Assembly: GCA_041484665.1 (NCBI GenBank) | Contig: JBGPIA010000002.1 | Coordinates: 448,001 to 512,000 of the forward strand | Source: Candidatus Krumholzibacteriia bacterium | GTDB taxonomy: Bacteria > Krumholzibacteriota > Krumholzibacteriia > JAJRXK01 | Direction: 5' to 3' | Length of the DNA stretch: 64,000 nt | Program-made: the position numbers and the translations under genes | Shown: piece by piece, positions 19,766-30,736 of the stretch | Layout of the letters: each line of letters opens with the position of its first letter | Position numbering within the stretch: position 1 is the first letter of the stretch | The notes under the pieces: model-generated | Told to the model about the DNA's origin: nothing | Seen by the model: the letters and a program-made list of their open reading frames with translations, nothing else | Database searches by the model: none

Positions 19766-20342
19766 TCAGCGGGTTCGCTGAAGCCCGGGGCAAGATAGCA
19801 TGGGGAGGCCGAGTCCGGAAGGTCGGGAAGGTCCGCCCGCAGCCGGCCCCGGCCGCCGGGCCCCCGGTGCGCCGGGGGCGGCGGAGCGCGGGGCGCGCGA
19901 GCCCCCTCGCGTGGTTGGGGGAGCGGCCCGGGCGACACCGCCACGGCCGCGCGGCGCGGCGAACAGCCGCAGCCGCGGGGCATCCTGGCCGAGGATCAGG
20001 GTGAGATCGGCGGGCCGGCGCGCCGGTCTGCTCCAGGACGACCAGCCGCGGTCCGACGCGCTCACCCAGCCGGCGCGCCGGCCAGGGGTCGCCGGGGTGG
20101 ACCACGAGCACGGTGCGCGCGCAGTCGCGCCGCGGCCCGTCACCCGTGGACACCACATCCTGACCCAGCGCGCGCAGCGCCGCCGCCGCCCGCGCGGCGA
20201 GCACCTCGCTCCCACAGCCGTCGAGCACCTCCACAGTCATACGCGCGCTCGGCGCCGCGGGCGGCTTGTGCAGCGCGGCCCGGGCCAAAGACGCTCCGCA
20301 GGCCAGGACCAGTCCCGCACCCAGCCAGCGGAATCGTCTCAC
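19766..20342 (-). pseudogene. LytR C-terminal-domain protein split by a frameshift near 20012 (pseudogene or assembly indel)
   Basis: One frame gives a TM then VEVLDGCG..LAARAAAALRALGQDVVSTGD. The expected terminal motif ADLTLILGQD lies in an adjacent frame. Confidence 0.6.
19792..19800 (-). promoter_or_regulatory. Candidate extended -10 promoter for the DUF4321-tatA-helicase unit
   Basis: Minus strand TGcTATCTT, about 50 nt upstream of the CTG. Confidence 0.4.
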
Positions 20343-20420
20343 GCCACGCTCCGCTGGCCGGATTGCGTCTGCCGCCGCCTCACGGAGCACGTTCCGGGGC
20401 GCCCGGCGTTCGCTCCCGGT

Positions 20421-20912
20421 TCACGGTGCGCTTCCCTGCGCGAAGAGCGGCTGCAGCCGGCGGTAGGTCTCGGGGAGGGTCTCGGGCAGCACGCGCGTAT
20501 CGCCCACGACCGTGACGAAATTGGTATCGCCGCCCCAGCGTGGGAGCATGTGCCAGTGGACGTGGCCGTGGACGCCGGCGCCGGCGGAGCGGCCCAGGTT
20601 GAGACCGATGTTCATCCCCTGGGGATTGTACGCCGCGCGCAGCGCCGCCTCCGCACGGCGCAACAGCGCGGGATACGCGCGCTGCTCGTCGAGCGTCAGC
20701 TCGTCCAGGCTGCCGGCATGGCGGCGTGTGACCACCATCAGGTGCCCCGTGGTGTAGGGATACTTGTTGAGCACGACGAACCAATGGGCCTCGCGTGCCA
20801 GGATGCCCGCCTCCTCGTCGCCCTGCTGCTGGATGCGGCAGAGGATGCAGCCCGACGGTGTGTCGAGGCTGGTCACGTACTCCCGCCGCCACGGGGTGTA
20901 CAGCCTATCCAC
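20421..20912 (-). CDS. HIT-family hydrolase / Ap4A phosphorylase-like
   Basis: CILC, LNKYPYTTGHLMV, NIGLNLGRSAGAG, HVHWHMLPRW (histidine triad). Confidence 0.92.
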   Translation of the reverse strand: MDRLYTPWRREYVTSLDTPSGCILCRIQQQGDEEAGILAREAHWFVVLNKYPYTTGHLMVVTRRHAGSLDELTLDEQRAYPALLRRAEAALRAAYNPQGMNIGLNLGRSAGAGVHGHVHWHMLPRWGGDTNFVTVVGDTRVLPETLPETYRRLQPLFAQGSAP

Positions 20913-21648
20913 GCGACATCACCTCCAGGTCGCGCTCGGCGCGCCGCAGGTCGTCCAGGGTATTGATCCCCTGCACCTCCCGCTCGTCGGCGCAGACCGC
21001 CCCCTCGACCGTGCGCCCATCGGCGACCAGCAATCCGATCACGTCGGTGAGGTAGTACTCACCTTGGGCGTTGCGGCGGTCGATGCGCGCCAGGTACGGC
21101 CACAAGAGCTCGTTGCGGAAGCAGTAGGTCCCCGTGTTGTACTCGCGCACGGCGCGCTGCTGCGGCGTGGCGTCCTTGTGCTCGACGATCCCTACGACGT
21201 GGCCGGCGCCGTCGCGCAGGATGCGTCCGTAGCCCGCGGGATCGCTGGCGATGGCGGTCAGCACCGTGGCCGCGCAGCCGCTGTCGCGCGTGCGCCCCAC
21301 CAGGTCCCGCACCGTTTGCGCGCGCAGCAGAGGCACGTCCCCGCACAGCACCGCGACCATCCCCTCGCGCCCGCGCAGCATCGGCTCGGCCTGCTGCACC
21401 GCATGGCCGGTCCCCAGGCGCTCCGCCTGCAGCGCCGTCGCGACCCCGTAGGGCGCGCAGACCGCGCGCACGCGCTCGGCCTGGTGGCCGACGATCACCA
21501 CCGTCTCGGCGGCGCCGAGCTCCGCCAGCGAGTCGAGCACATACGCCAGCATCGGTCGCTGCCTCAGCGGATGCAGCACCTTCGCCAGATCGCTGTTCAT
21601 GCGCGTTCCCTGGCCCGCAGCCAGGACGACGGCGCTCAGCCTCTCCAT
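20905..21648 (-). CDS. GlmU N-terminal-type nucleotidyltransferase (no acetyltransferase domain)
   Basis: VVLAAGQGTRMNSDLAKVLH, LGTGHAV, GDVPLL, GYGRI, IVEHKDA, NAQGEYYLTD, GINT. Ends at about 247 aa. Confidence 0.88.
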   Translation of the reverse strand: MERLSAVVLAAGQGTRMNSDLAKVLHPLRQRPMLAYVLDSLAELGAAETVVIVGHQAERVRAVCAPYGVATALQAERLGTGHAVQQAEPMLRGREGMVAVLCGDVPLLRAQTVRDLVGRTRDSGCAATVLTAIASDPAGYGRILRDGAGHVVGIVEHKDATPQQRAVREYNTGTYCFRNELLWPYLARIDRRNAQGEYYLTDVIGLLVADGRTVEGAVCADEREVQGINTLDDLRRAERDLEVMSRG

Positions 21649-22577
21649 CCCACCCTCGCACCGGCGCGCGGCGGCGCCAGGGCCGTGTCCTCCAGCAACG
21701 GCGCCTCCGCGACGCCGTCGTCGCGCACCTCCAGGCAGAGGTTGTCGATGAGCCTGGCGCTGCCCACGTGCGCCGCCACCGCCAGCAGCATCCGTCCGCG
21801 CGCCGCGGCCGGATGCGCGAGATCGGGCACCGTGCACAGCTCGGCGTAGTCGAAGCGCAGGTGCGTGCCAAGCGCGTGGCGCATCGCCTCTTCAACGCGC
21901 GCGACGCTACGCTCGCCGCCCTCCAATGCGCGCTGGCCAGCGCGCAACGCCCCGTGCAACCGCAGCGCCTCGACCCGGTCGGACGGCGACAGGTATCGGT
22001 TGCGGCTGCTGAGCGCCAGACCGTCGGCGTCGCGCACCGTCGGCGCGATCACGATGCGCACGGGCAGGCGCAGGTCGCGCGTCATCCGGTGGAGGATCAG
22101 TCCCTGTTGCGCGTCCTTCTGGCCGAAGACGGCGATGTCGGGTTGGACCAGGCCGAACAGCTTCGCCACCACCGTCGTCACGCCACGGAAGTGCCCCGGG
22201 CGGAACGCGCCGCACAGCGGCGCCGCGAGCCCCACGACCTCCACCCAGGTGGAGTCGCCAGCGCCGTACATCCGCTCCGCCGTGGGCGCGAACACTGCGA
22301 CCACGTCCAGGGGTGCCAGCAGCTCCAGGTCGCGCCGCAGGTCGCGCGGGTAGCTCTGGAAATCCTCCCCCGGGCCGAATTGGGTGGGATTGACGAAGAT
22401 GGAGACCACGACCGCCCCCAGCGTCGCGCCGAGGCGGACCAGGCTCAGGTGTCCATCGTGCAAGTCGCCCATGGTGGGCACCAGGACCACTGGTCGCGCC
22501 GCCGCCCTCAGCTCGCGGACCTGCGCGCGCAGCGCCGCCTCGTCCTCGATCGCGCTCAGGCGCCGCGGCTGCTCCAC
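21636..22577 (-). CDS. panC: Pantoate--beta-alanine ligase
   Basis: VPTMGDLHDGHLSL, SIFVNPTQF, RPGHFRGV, FGQKDAQQ, GLALSSRN, RLIDN. Confidence 0.96.
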   Translation of the reverse strand: MEQPRRLSAIEDEAALRAQVRELRAAARPVVLVPTMGDLHDGHLSLVRLGATLGAVVVSIFVNPTQFGPGEDFQSYPRDLRRDLELLAPLDVVAVFAPTAERMYGAGDSTWVEVVGLAAPLCGAFRPGHFRGVTTVVAKLFGLVQPDIAVFGQKDAQQGLILHRMTRDLRLPVRIVIAPTVRDADGLALSSRNRYLSPSDRVEALRLHGALRAGQRALEGGERSVARVEEAMRHALGTHLRFDYAELCTVPDLAHPAAARGRMLLAVAAHVGSARLIDNLCLEVRDDGVAEAPLLEDTALAPPRAGARVGWRG

Positions 22578-22578
22578 C

Positions 22579-23424
22579 TCACGGCCTCCCGGCGCTCTTC
22601 TTCACCTTCCCGCGCCCGCCGGGCGCGCCGTAGCTCTGCTCGAGCGTGGGAAAGGTGCCCTGGCGTACCTCTTCGGCGTAGCGCTGGACGGCCTCGGTGA
22701 TGGCATCGCCCAGGCGTGCGTACTGCTTGACGAACTTCGGCACGAAGTCATCCGAGAAGCCCAGCAGGTCCTGGAAGACCAGCACCTGCCCGTCGCAGTG
22801 CGGGCCCGCGCCGATACCGATGGTCGGGATCGCGGCCTGCGCGGTGATCTGCCGGGCGAGCTCCCATGGGATGCACTCCAGCACCAGCGCGCTGGCCCCG
22901 GCCTCCTCCACTTCGCGGGCCTGCACCAGAAGGCGCGCGGCGGACTGCTCGTCCTTGCCCTGCACGCGGTAGCCGCTGAAGGCGTGCACCGACTGCGGCG
23001 TCAACCCCAGGTGCCCCCACACCGGGATGTCGGCGCGGACCACCGTCTCGATGCACGCGAGGCGCTCGCCCGCCCCCTCGATCTTCACCGCCTCGGCGCC
23101 CCCCTCCTGCACCAGGCGGATGGAGGCGTCCAGCGCTGCGGCCGCGCCACGCTGGAAAGTGCCAAAGGGCAGGTCGGCCACGACCAGCCCCGCCGGGCGC
23201 GCCCGCGTGACGCACGCGGTGTGGTAGATCATGTGCTCGACGGTCACCGGCAGCGTGCTGCCGTGCCCCTGGATCACGTTGCCCAGGCTGTCCCCCACCA
23301 GCAGCACGTCCACGCCGGCTTGGTCCAGCAGGCGCGCGGCTGACCAGTCGTAGGCCGTCACCACCACAATGCGTTTGCCCTGCGTCTTCATGGCCAGCAG
23401 ATCGGCACGGGTCACCTTCGCCAT
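22579..23424 (-). CDS. panB: Ketopantoate hydroxymethyltransferase
   Basis: TAYD, LLVGDSLG, ADLPFG, AVKIEG, GHLGLTPQ, IGIGAG..CDGQVLV. Confidence 0.97.
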   Translation of the reverse strand: MAKVTRADLLAMKTQGKRIVVVTAYDWSAARLLDQAGVDVLLVGDSLGNVIQGHGSTLPVTVEHMIYHTACVTRARPAGLVVADLPFGTFQRGAAAALDASIRLVQEGGAEAVKIEGAGERLACIETVVRADIPVWGHLGLTPQSVHAFSGYRVQGKDEQSAARLLVQAREVEEAGASALVLECIPWELARQITAQAAIPTIGIGAGPHCDGQVLVFQDLLGFSDDFVPKFVKQYARLGDAITEAVQRYAEEVRQGTFPTLEQSYGAPGGRGKVKKSAGRP

Positions 23425-23427
23425 CCT

Positions 23428-24081
23428 CTATTCCTTCCAGGAGGGGACGTAGTACTGGGTGCCGGAGAAGGGCAGGACGATCCGCTGCAACAAGTCCTCG
23501 TAGTGGCTCCGGTTGCGCACGAAATCGAGCTCGTTGCTGTTGACGATCAACAGCGGCGTATCGCGGTAGTGGAAGAAGAAGAAGTTGTACGCCTCGTTGA
23601 GCGTCTGGATATAGGCCTCCTCGATCTCCCGCTCGAAGCTGCGGCCGCGCAGGCGGATGCGCGTCAGGAGGACGTCGGTGCTGGCCTGCAGGTAGATGAC
23701 CAGATCGGGGCGCGGGATGCGCTCCTCGAGCACGCCGGCCAGGCGCTCGTACAGGCGGAGCTCGTCGTCGGCGAGGTTGATGTTAGCAAAGATGCGATCC
23801 TTGGCAAACAGGTAGTCCGAGACGACGCGCTCCTGGAACAGGTCCATCTGCGCCAGAGTCTGCTGCTGTTGGAAACGGCTGAGCAAAAAGAAGATCTGCG
23901 TGACGAAGGCGTAGGCGACGCGGTCCTTGTAGAAGCGCGGGAGGAACGGGTTCTCCTCGACCACCTCCAGATTGGCGCGCGCGCCCAGCGACTCGGACAA
24001 CAACCGGCAAAGGCTGGTCTTGCCGACGCCGATCACGCCCTCCACGACCGTATAGCGCCAGGGACAGGTCACGGCGGTCAT
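23428..24081 (-). CDS. Deoxynucleoside kinase
   Basis: VEGVIGVGKTSL, ENPFLPRFY, QIFFLLSRF, PDLVIYLQAS, RIRLRGR. ATG at 24081 overlaps the folK stop. Confidence 0.92.
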   Translation of the reverse strand: MTAVTCPWRYTVVEGVIGVGKTSLCRLLSESLGARANLEVVEENPFLPRFYKDRVAYAFVTQIFFLLSRFQQQQTLAQMDLFQERVVSDYLFAKDRIFANINLADDELRLYERLAGVLEERIPRPDLVIYLQASTDVLLTRIRLRGRSFEREIEEAYIQTLNEAYNFFFFHYRDTPLLIVNSNELDFVRNRSHYEDLLQRIVLPFSGTQYYVPSWKE

Positions 24082-24686
24082 CCGAAGGCCTCCTGCCACC
24101 ATCCGGCACCGGCAACGCACTCCACGCGCTGGCGGGCGATGTCGGGCAGCGACAACAGCTCGCCGACCGCGCGCTCGACTCCGGGCAACCACAGGTCGGG
24201 CTCGAGCTCGCAGAGCGGCTCCAGCACGAAGCGGCGCTCGTGCACCCGCGGGTGTGGCACGGTCAACTCGGCGGTCGAGACGCAATGGCGGCCGTAGAGC
24301 AGCACGTCCACGTCCAGGGAGCGCGCGATCATGTGCGTATCCGGCGGGCGACCTGCCCTGCGCTGCAGATCCTGGGCCTGCAGGAGCAGCTCGAGCGGGG
24401 CCAGCCCGGTCAACAGACGCACGCAGGCGTTCAGGTAGGGCGGCTGGCTGCCCGGTCCCTGGAATGCGGTCTCGTACAGACTGCTGACACCTGCCAGCCG
24501 GGTCGCCGGCCACTGCCCCATCTGCTGGATCGCGTGCGCGAGCTGGCGCTGGCGGTCGCCGAGATTGCCGCCCAGGCCCAGGAACGCGGTCGTCGCCGTG
24601 CCGGCGCGGACACGCGCCGGGGAGGTCACCCGGCTGCCCGGGACCGCCTTGGCCGGGCGGCTCGTGCGGCGCATGCGAGGGTCCAT
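24078..24686 (-). CDS. folK: 2-amino-4-hydroxy-6-hydroxymethyldihydropteridine diphosphokinase
   Basis: AFLGLGGNLGDR, SSLYET, YLNA, RSLDVDVLLY, LTVPHPR..ERRFVLEPL. Start uncertain. Confidence 0.92.
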   Translation of the reverse strand: MDPRMRRTSRPAKAVPGSRVTSPARVRAGTATTAFLGLGGNLGDRQRQLAHAIQQMGQWPATRLAGVSSLYETAFQGPGSQPPYLNACVRLLTGLAPLELLLQAQDLQRRAGRPPDTHMIARSLDVDVLLYGRHCVSTAELTVPHPRVHERRFVLEPLCELEPDLWLPGVERAVGELLSLPDIARQRVECVAGAGWWQEAFG

Positions 24687-24749
24687 GGCGGCCCTACCCT
24701 AGCAGGGGGTTGGGGCATTTCCAAGGGCGCGCGGCCCGCCCGGCCGCGG

Positions 24750-25895
24750 TCAGCGCCCTTCCAGCAGCTCCCGCGCGATGATCAGCCGCTGGATCTGGCT
24801 CGTGCCCTCGTAGATCTGGAACACCTTGGCGTCGCGCATGAGCTTCTCGACCGGGTACTCGCGGCTGTAGCCGTAGCCGCCGTAGATCTGCACGGCGTCG
24901 GTCGCCACGCGCATCGCCATGTCGGCGGCGAAGGCCTTCGCGAACGCGGCCTGCTTGCTGTTGCGCCTGCCCGAGTCGATGGTCCAGCCGGCCAGCCAGG
25001 TTAGCAGGCGCGCCGCCTCGATGTCCTTGGCCATGTCCGCCAGCATGAAGGCCACGGCCTGGTGCTGCGCGATGGGCTTGCCGAAAGCGACGCGCTCCTG
25101 CGCGTACTGCAGGCTGTGGTCCAGGCCTGCTTGCGCCAACCCCACGGCCATGGCCGCCACGGTCGGGCGGGTGTGGTCGAAGGCCTTCATCGCCGCGATC
25201 CAGCCCGCGCCCTCCTCGCCCACCCGGTCGCGCGCCGGCACCACCACGTCGGTGAAGGTGACCGCGCGTGTGTCGGAGCAGCGCTGCCCCATGTTCTGCT
25301 CCTTCTTGCCCACCTCGACTCCCGGCGCGGTGCGCGGCACGACGAAGCCGCTCATGCCCTTGTGCCCCTTGGCGCGGTCGGTCATGGCCAGCACGAAGTA
25401 CCAGTCGGCCACCGCGCCGTTGGTGATCCACATCTTGCTGCCGTTGAGCACGTAGTCTTCGCCCCTGCGCATCGCGGTGGTGGCGAGCGCGGCCACGTCG
25501 CTGCCCGCCCCCGGCTCGGTGACGCAGTAGGCCGCCAGCCGCGGCTCCTCGGTCATGGGCGCGAGCCAACGGCGCTTGAGATCGTCGCTGCCCGCCACGA
25601 TCAGCGGTGCCTCCGCCAGCGTGTTGGCCTCCATGGCGGTGGCCATGCCGCAGCAGCCCCAACCCAGCTGCTCGACGATCAGGCAGCCGTCCAGGGTCCC
25701 CAGGCCGAGCCCGCCGTACTGCGGCGGGATGTGCGTGTTCAAGAGCCCGATCGCCCAGGCCTGGCGCACGATGTCCATGGGGTATTCGCCGGTCTGGTCG
25801 TGATGGGCGGAGCGCGGCCGCATCTCGCGCAGGGCGAACTCGCGAGCGGTCTGGCGCAGCTGCTCCTGCTCCGTGGAAAGCTGGAAGTCGATCAT
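24750..25895 (-). CDS. Acyl-CoA dehydrogenase (medium-chain type)
   Basis: Start MIDFQLS (25895). [55 protein letters not shown]. Confidence 0.95.
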   Translation of the reverse strand: MIDFQLSTEQEQLRQTAREFALREMRPRSAHHDQTGEYPMDIVRQAWAIGLLNTHIPPQYGGLGLGTLDGCLIVEQLGWGCCGMATAMEANTLAEAPLIVAGSDDLKRRWLAPMTEEPRLAAYCVTEPGAGSDVAALATTAMRRGEDYVLNGSKMWITNGAVADWYFVLAMTDRAKGHKGMSGFVVPRTAPGVEVGKKEQNMGQRCSDTRAVTFTDVVVPARDRVGEEGAGWIAAMKAFDHTRPTVAAMAVGLAQAGLDHSLQYAQERVAFGKPIAQHQAVAFMLADMAKDIEAARLLTWLAGWTIDSGRRNSKQAAFAKAFAADMAMRVATDAVQIYGGYGYSREYPVEKLMRDAKVFQIYEGTSQIQRLIIARELLEGR

Positions 25896-25906
25896 GGCGG
25901 CCTCCC

Positions 25907-28900
25907 TCAGTTGGGTGACCGCAGCACGCTGCGGATGCGCTTGATGCCCACCACCAGCGAGGCGGGTCCCAGCTCGCCTTCGGGAATGCGCTCGAGGTCC
26001 TGGAAGGCCTGCGCACCCCGCCCCAGCGCCGCCAGCTTCTCGGCCCCCTGTCCGTCGGCGTTCGCCAGCTTCAGCACCAGGTCGCCGAGCAGATCGAGCA
26101 GCTCTCGCCGCAGCGACCGTTGTGCCATCGCCTCGTAGGCTTGGCTGGCCTTGCGCCGGTCCAGGCGCTCGACTGTGCCCAGGATGCCGCAGGCCCGCCC
26201 CAGGGCGAAGTAGTCCTGCGCCACGCGGCGCGCGGGCCGGTCCATGGCGTCGGCCAGGTCGATGGCCGTAAGCCCATACGGCAGGAAGCGCACCGCGGCT
26301 AGCCGCAGCGCCAGCGAGGACGGGACCGCGCTGCGCTCGAAGGCCGCGGCCTGCTCGCGGGCCGCCTGGGCACTGACCTCGTCCAACGAGTCGGCGAACG
26401 TCGCCCCCAACGCTTTCAGCTTGCGCGCGTACGAGGACGGCTCGCGCAGCGTCTCGCGCACGCGCTGGGGCGTCCAGCGCTCCAGCAGGTGGAGCGCGCC
26501 CTGACGCAGCGCCGACTCCACCGTCAGCAACGCCTCGTACTGCACCGCGGCCGGCGCCTGCGTAGCCAGCGCCAGGATCTGCTCCTTCATGCCCCAGGCG
26601 TCGGCAGCCTGCGCCAGGAGCGTATAGGCCTCCACGCATTGGCGGGGCGTAACCGCCGCCTCTGCGGCCAGGTCGCTGAAGAACGTGGCACCGGTGTGAT
26701 CGATGATGCGGTTGGTGAGAAGCGTGATGGCGATCTCGCGGGCGAGGCGGTGTTGGTCGATGCTGGCGGCGAAGCGGGACCGCAGCCGCGCCAGAAAGTA
26801 GGCGTGCAGATAGGTGCGCAACGCCGCGGGGTCGATGGACGCGTCGCCCACCAGGTCATCGTAGATCATCATCTTCACATAGCTGCCCAGAATGGCGAGC
26901 TCGGGGCGCGTGAGGCCCTCCCGGTCGCGAATGCGCTGCTCGACCTCCTTGCTGCCGGGCAGCCCGATGTCGCCACGCTTGACGCCGAAACGGCGGCAGA
27001 CATCCTCCATCAGGCGCTCGAAGGGCTCAAGATCCTCGCGGCTGCGGCGCTCGTCGAGGCTGAGCATGAGAGCCTGGCTGGCGTTGGCGGCCAGCACGTC
27101 CTGCGCCACCTGCTCCTGCATCTCGCGCAGCAGCTTGTTGCGTGCCGCGGGGGTGAGTTGGCCGCTGCTCACCAGTGGCTGGAACAGCACCTTCAGGTTG
27201 ACCTCGTGGTCGCTGGTGTTGACGCCGCCAGCGTTGTCGATGAAGTCCGTGTTGAGCCGGCCGCCGGCCCGCGCGTACTCCACCCGCGCCGCCTGGGTGA
27301 GACCCAGGTTGCCACCCTCGCCCACCACCCTCGCGCGCAGCTGCGAGGCGTCGATGCGCAGCGCGTCATTGGCGGGGTCGCGGGCGGCGAGGTCGTCCTG
27401 CGCGGTCGCCTTCACGTAGGTCCCGATCCCACCGTTGTAGAGCAGGTCCGCCGGGAGCTGCAGCAGGGCGTGGATCAGCTCCGCGCTGGACATGCTCGGG
27501 CGGTCGGTCGAGAGCAGCTTGCGCACCTGCGGCGAGAGGGGGATCGACTTCGAGGCGCGCTCGAATACGCCGCCACCCTTGCTGATCGTGCTCGCGTCGT
27601 ACGCGTCCCAGCCCCCGTACTTTGCCTGGAACAGGCGCCGGCGCTCCGCGGGGGCGGCCACCGGGTCGGGGTCGGGGTCGAGGAAGATATGCTGGTGGTT
27701 GAACGCGGCCACGAGCTTGATCGTGTCGTGCTCGATCATCCCGTTGCCGAACACGTCGCCGCCCAGGTCGCCGATCCCCACCACGCTGAAGGGTTTGCCC
27801 CAGTCGATGCCCAGCTCGCGGAAGAGGTGGCGGATGCAGACCCAGGCGCCGCGGGCGGTGATGCCCATGGCCTTGTGGTCGTAGCCGTTGCTGCCGCCGC
27901 TGGCGAATGCATCGCCGAGCCAGAACTGGCGCTCCGCGCTGATGGCGTTGGCCGTGTCGCTCAGGTGCGCGGTACCCTTGTCGGCGGCCACGACCAGGTA
28001 GGGGTCGAAGTCGTCGTAGCAGACCACCTCGGGCGGCGGTACGGTCTGCCCGCCGGCGATATTGTCGGTGATGTCCAGCAGCCCGCGGACGAAGATCTGG
28101 TACATCTCGTCGGCGTGGGCGCGGCGTTGTGCAACGTCCACGGGCGGGCGCTTGAGGACGAAGCCGCCCTTGGCGCCCACCGGGACGATCACCACGTTCT
28201 TGACCATCTGGGTCGTCATCAGCCCCAGGATCTCGGTGCGGTAGTCGTCGGGCCGGTCGCTCCAGCGCAACCCACCGCGGGCGATGCGCCCGCCTCGCAG
28301 GTGGACGCCCTCCACTTTCGCGCTGTGGACGTAGATCTCGCGCCAGGGGCGCGGCTCGGGCATGGCGGCCACCTTCGCGCAGTCGAGCTTGTGGCTGATG
28401 TAGTGCTCGACGAGATCGGTGCGGAAGTAGTTGGTGCGCAGCGTGGCGTCGATCAGGTTTGCGAAGGTGCGCAGGATGCGGTCGTCGTTGAAGCTCTCCA
28501 CCCCGTCGATCTGCTCGTAGACCCGCTCGCGCAGCTCCTGGCAGCGCGGCTCCCGCGCTGGGTCGGGGCGACTGGGGATCGCGCCGTGGGTCTGCGGGCC
28601 GAAGCGGGCCTCGAACCACTCCGCCAGGTTGCGCGCGATGGGCGCGTAGCGCACCAGCGTCGACCAGATGATGCCCGGCGTGAACATGCTGCCAAGCTGC
28701 TTGCTGTAGCCCTGGTAGCTGCGCAGCAGGTCGACCTGCTTCCAACACAGGCGCGCCGGCAACAGCACGCGGTTGAGGCGGTCGCTGGGGACGACCCCGT
28801 CGAACACCGCCGCCAGCGCCCCCAGGAAATCACCGCGCTGCGTCTGCAGGTCCAGGGCCCGGCCGTCCTGGTTGGCGAAGCGGAAGGTGTCCATGTAGAG

Positions 28901-30700
28901 CACGTCGCCGCCCGGGAGCTCGACGTGGTTGACGAAGCTATTGATCACCTGCAGCCCGAAGTCGTCCAAGATGGGCAGTACGTCGGTCAGATAGAGGTTG
29001 CGCGACTCGTAGATGCGCAACTTGACCGTGCCCTGCTGCTTGTCTTCCGCATCGGTGTAGAGCTCGAACTCCAGCCCCTTGTGACGGCGGACCTTCTCCA
29101 GCAGCAGGCAGTCGCGCACGGCCTGCTCGGGCGGCGTCGAGACCTGGTAACGTGGGCTGAAGGCGCTCTGGTAGGTGCGGTACAGCGCGAGCGCGACGTC
29201 ACGGGCGAGCGAGTGGCCCAGCGCCTCGCGGAACCGGTCCTGCCAACTGCTGGCCATCTCGGCCAGGGTGGATTCCAGCGCGGCGTGATCCAGGGCCGGG
29301 AAGGCGGCGCTGCTGGTCACGTAAAAATGGAGGACGGCCACGCCATAGTTGCTGATGAACACGCGGTGGTCGCAGTAATTGGCTTGCAGCCGCTCCTCCA
29401 GGAAGCGCTGGATGCGGATGCGAAGCGCGTCGTTGAAGTTCTCGTTGGGGAGCACGACGAACAGATACGCCTGGCGCATGTCCGGGTTGAGGGAGAGCTG
29501 GACCTCCAGGCGCCGGGAGCGCTCCGCCGCGATCGCTCCCCGCACCAGCCGCGCGATGTCCTCGATCCCTGCCGTGAACAGGTACTCCGCCGGCAGCGCC
29601 TCGAAGGAATTGACCAGCGACTTGTAATTGTACGAGCCGCGCACCACCTCCTCGGCGGCCACCAGCTCGTCCAGCTTGCGCCGCAGGATGGGCACGCTGC
29701 CGCCGCGGGCGTGGATGGCGCGGTAGGTGAACAGGCCGTGCAGCGCCAGGCAGCCCGCGGGCTGGCCGGCCGCGTCGAAGCGGCGCACCAGGACCTCATC
29801 GATCTTCCCCGGCCGGTGCAGGACCGCATCCTCGACCGTCTTGTGGATCGATACGTAGCGCTCCCCGCCGGCTGGCTTGAGGAATGCGCGGACCTCGGGA
29901 TAGGACTGGGCGAATGGATCGCGCTTGAAGCGGGTGGTCCCCAGGCGCGACTCCACCTCCTGATCGCCCGAGCGCCCCACGCGCGTGGCGCCCATGAAGA
30001 CGAAGTTGTCCTCCGCCAGCCAGCGCAGGAAGGCGAGCGCCTCGCGGATGGTGTCGCGGTCGTGCGGGCGCAGGCTGTCCAGCTGCTCGTACTGCTGGAT
30101 CACATCGCGCACCTCGTGGACCATGCGCTGGAAGTCCAGCACGACCGCCCGGGCCTGGATCAGGCAGTCGGTGAGCTCGCTGCGCAGCTTCTCCCGGCGC
30201 TCCTCCTGGGCGATCGGGCCGAGCTCGAAGACCGTAATGCTCTCCAGCGTCTGGCCCGCCTCCGCCGTGCCGCCGATCTCCACCAGCCGGCCCGCCTTGG
30301 TGCGGGCCACCGGCACGATGGCGTTGAGCTGGTGGAGGACGTCCAGGCCCAGGCGCTGGAACGCCAGGCGCACGGTGTCCACGATGAACGGCTGGTCGGT
30401 CATGCAGGTGCTGGCCAGGATCGCCGGCGCGCTCGTGCCGTCCGGCTCGCTGGCCGGTGCCACGCGCACGAGCACCTCGCCCTCGACGCGCTTCTCGATG
30501 AAGGCCAGCACCGTCTCGATCTCGGGTAGCAGCAGCTGCGCGGGATGGTCGAGCAGGAAGCGCTCGTCGGCGTGCTTCACCAGCGCCAGAGCCAGCTGCT
30601 CGAGCAGTTTGCGCTGCGCCCCGCGCGCGCCGGGTCGGTAATCGGCCAGGCGGCGCTCGAACTCGGTGACCAGGTCGTGGGCGTAAACGGTAGCCTTCAT
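25907..30700 (-). CDS. gdhB: Large NAD-specific glutamate dehydrogenase (about 180 kDa type)
   Basis: 1597 aa. [77 protein letters not shown]. Confidence 0.95.
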   Translation of the reverse strand: MKATVYAHDLVTEFERRLADYRPGARGAQRKLLEQLALALVKHADERFLLDHPAQLLLPEIETVLAFIEKRVEGEVLVRVAPASEPDGTSAPAILASTCMTDQPFIVDTVRLAFQRLGLDVLHQLNAIVPVARTKAGRLVEIGGTAEAGQTLESITVFELGPIAQEERREKLRSELTDCLIQARAVVLDFQRMVHEVRDVIQQYEQLDSLRPHDRDTIREALAFLRWLAEDNFVFMGATRVGRSGDQEVESRLGTTRFKRDPFAQSYPEVRAFLKPAGGERYVSIHKTVEDAVLHRPGKIDEVLVRRFDAAGQPAGCLALHGLFTYRAIHARGGSVPILRRKLDELVAAEEVVRGSYNYKSLVNSFEALPAEYLFTAGIEDIARLVRGAIAAERSRRLEVQLSLNPDMRQAYLFVVLPNENFNDALRIRIQRFLEERLQANYCDHRVFISNYGVAVLHFYVTSSAAFPALDHAALESTLAEMASSWQDRFREALGHSLARDVALALYRTYQSAFSPRYQVSTPPEQAVRDCLLLEKVRRHKGLEFELYTDAEDKQQGTVKLRIYESRNLYLTDVLPILDDFGLQVINSFVNHVELPGGDVLYMDTFRFANQDGRALDLQTQRGDFLGALAAVFDGVVPSDRLNRVLLPARLCWKQVDLLRSYQGYSKQLGSMFTPGIIWSTLVRYAPIARNLAEWFEARFGPQTHGAIPSRPDPAREPRCQELRERVYEQIDGVESFNDDRILRTFANLIDATLRTNYFRTDLVEHYISHKLDCAKVAAMPEPRPWREIYVHSAKVEGVHLRGGRIARGGLRWSDRPDDYRTEILGLMTTQMVKNVVIVPVGAKGGFVLKRPPVDVAQRRAHADEMYQIFVRGLLDITDNIAGGQTVPPPEVVCYDDFDPYLVVAADKGTAHLSDTANAISAERQFWLGDAFASGGSNGYDHKAMGITARGAWVCIRHLFRELGIDWGKPFSVVGIGDLGGDVFGNGMIEHDTIKLVAAFNHQHIFLDPDPDPVAAPAERRRLFQAKYGGWDAYDASTISKGGGVFERASKSIPLSPQVRKLLSTDRPSMSSAELIHALLQLPADLLYNGGIGTYVKATAQDDLAARDPANDALRIDASQLRARVVGEGGNLGLTQAARVEYARAGGRLNTDFIDNAGGVNTSDHEVNLKVLFQPLVSSGQLTPAARNKLLREMQEQVAQDVLAANASQALMLSLDERRSREDLEPFERLMEDVCRRFGVKRGDIGLPGSKEVEQRIRDREGLTRPELAILGSYVKMMIYDDLVGDASIDPAALRTYLHAYFLARLRSRFAASIDQHRLAREIAITLLTNRIIDHTGATFFSDLAAEAAVTPRQCVEAYTLLAQAADAWGMKEQILALATQAPAAVQYEALLTVESALRQGALHLLERWTPQRVRETLREPSSYARKLKALGATFADSLDEVSAQAAREQAAAFERSAVPSSLALRLAAVRFLPYGLTAIDLADAMDRPARRVAQDYFALGRACGILGTVERLDRRKASQAYEAMAQRSLRRELLDLLGDLVLKLANADGQGAEKLAALGRGAQAFQDLERIPEGELGPASLVVGIKRIRSVLRSPN

Positions 30701-30736
30701 GGGCTCCTCCAGGCGCCCGCCGCGTGGCGCGAGGAC

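Noticed and set aside
26489..30529. 1346-aa plus-strand ORF antisense to gdhB
   Set aside because: Shadow ORF from strong GC3 codon bias. No motifs, and it lies entirely opposite a well-supported gene.
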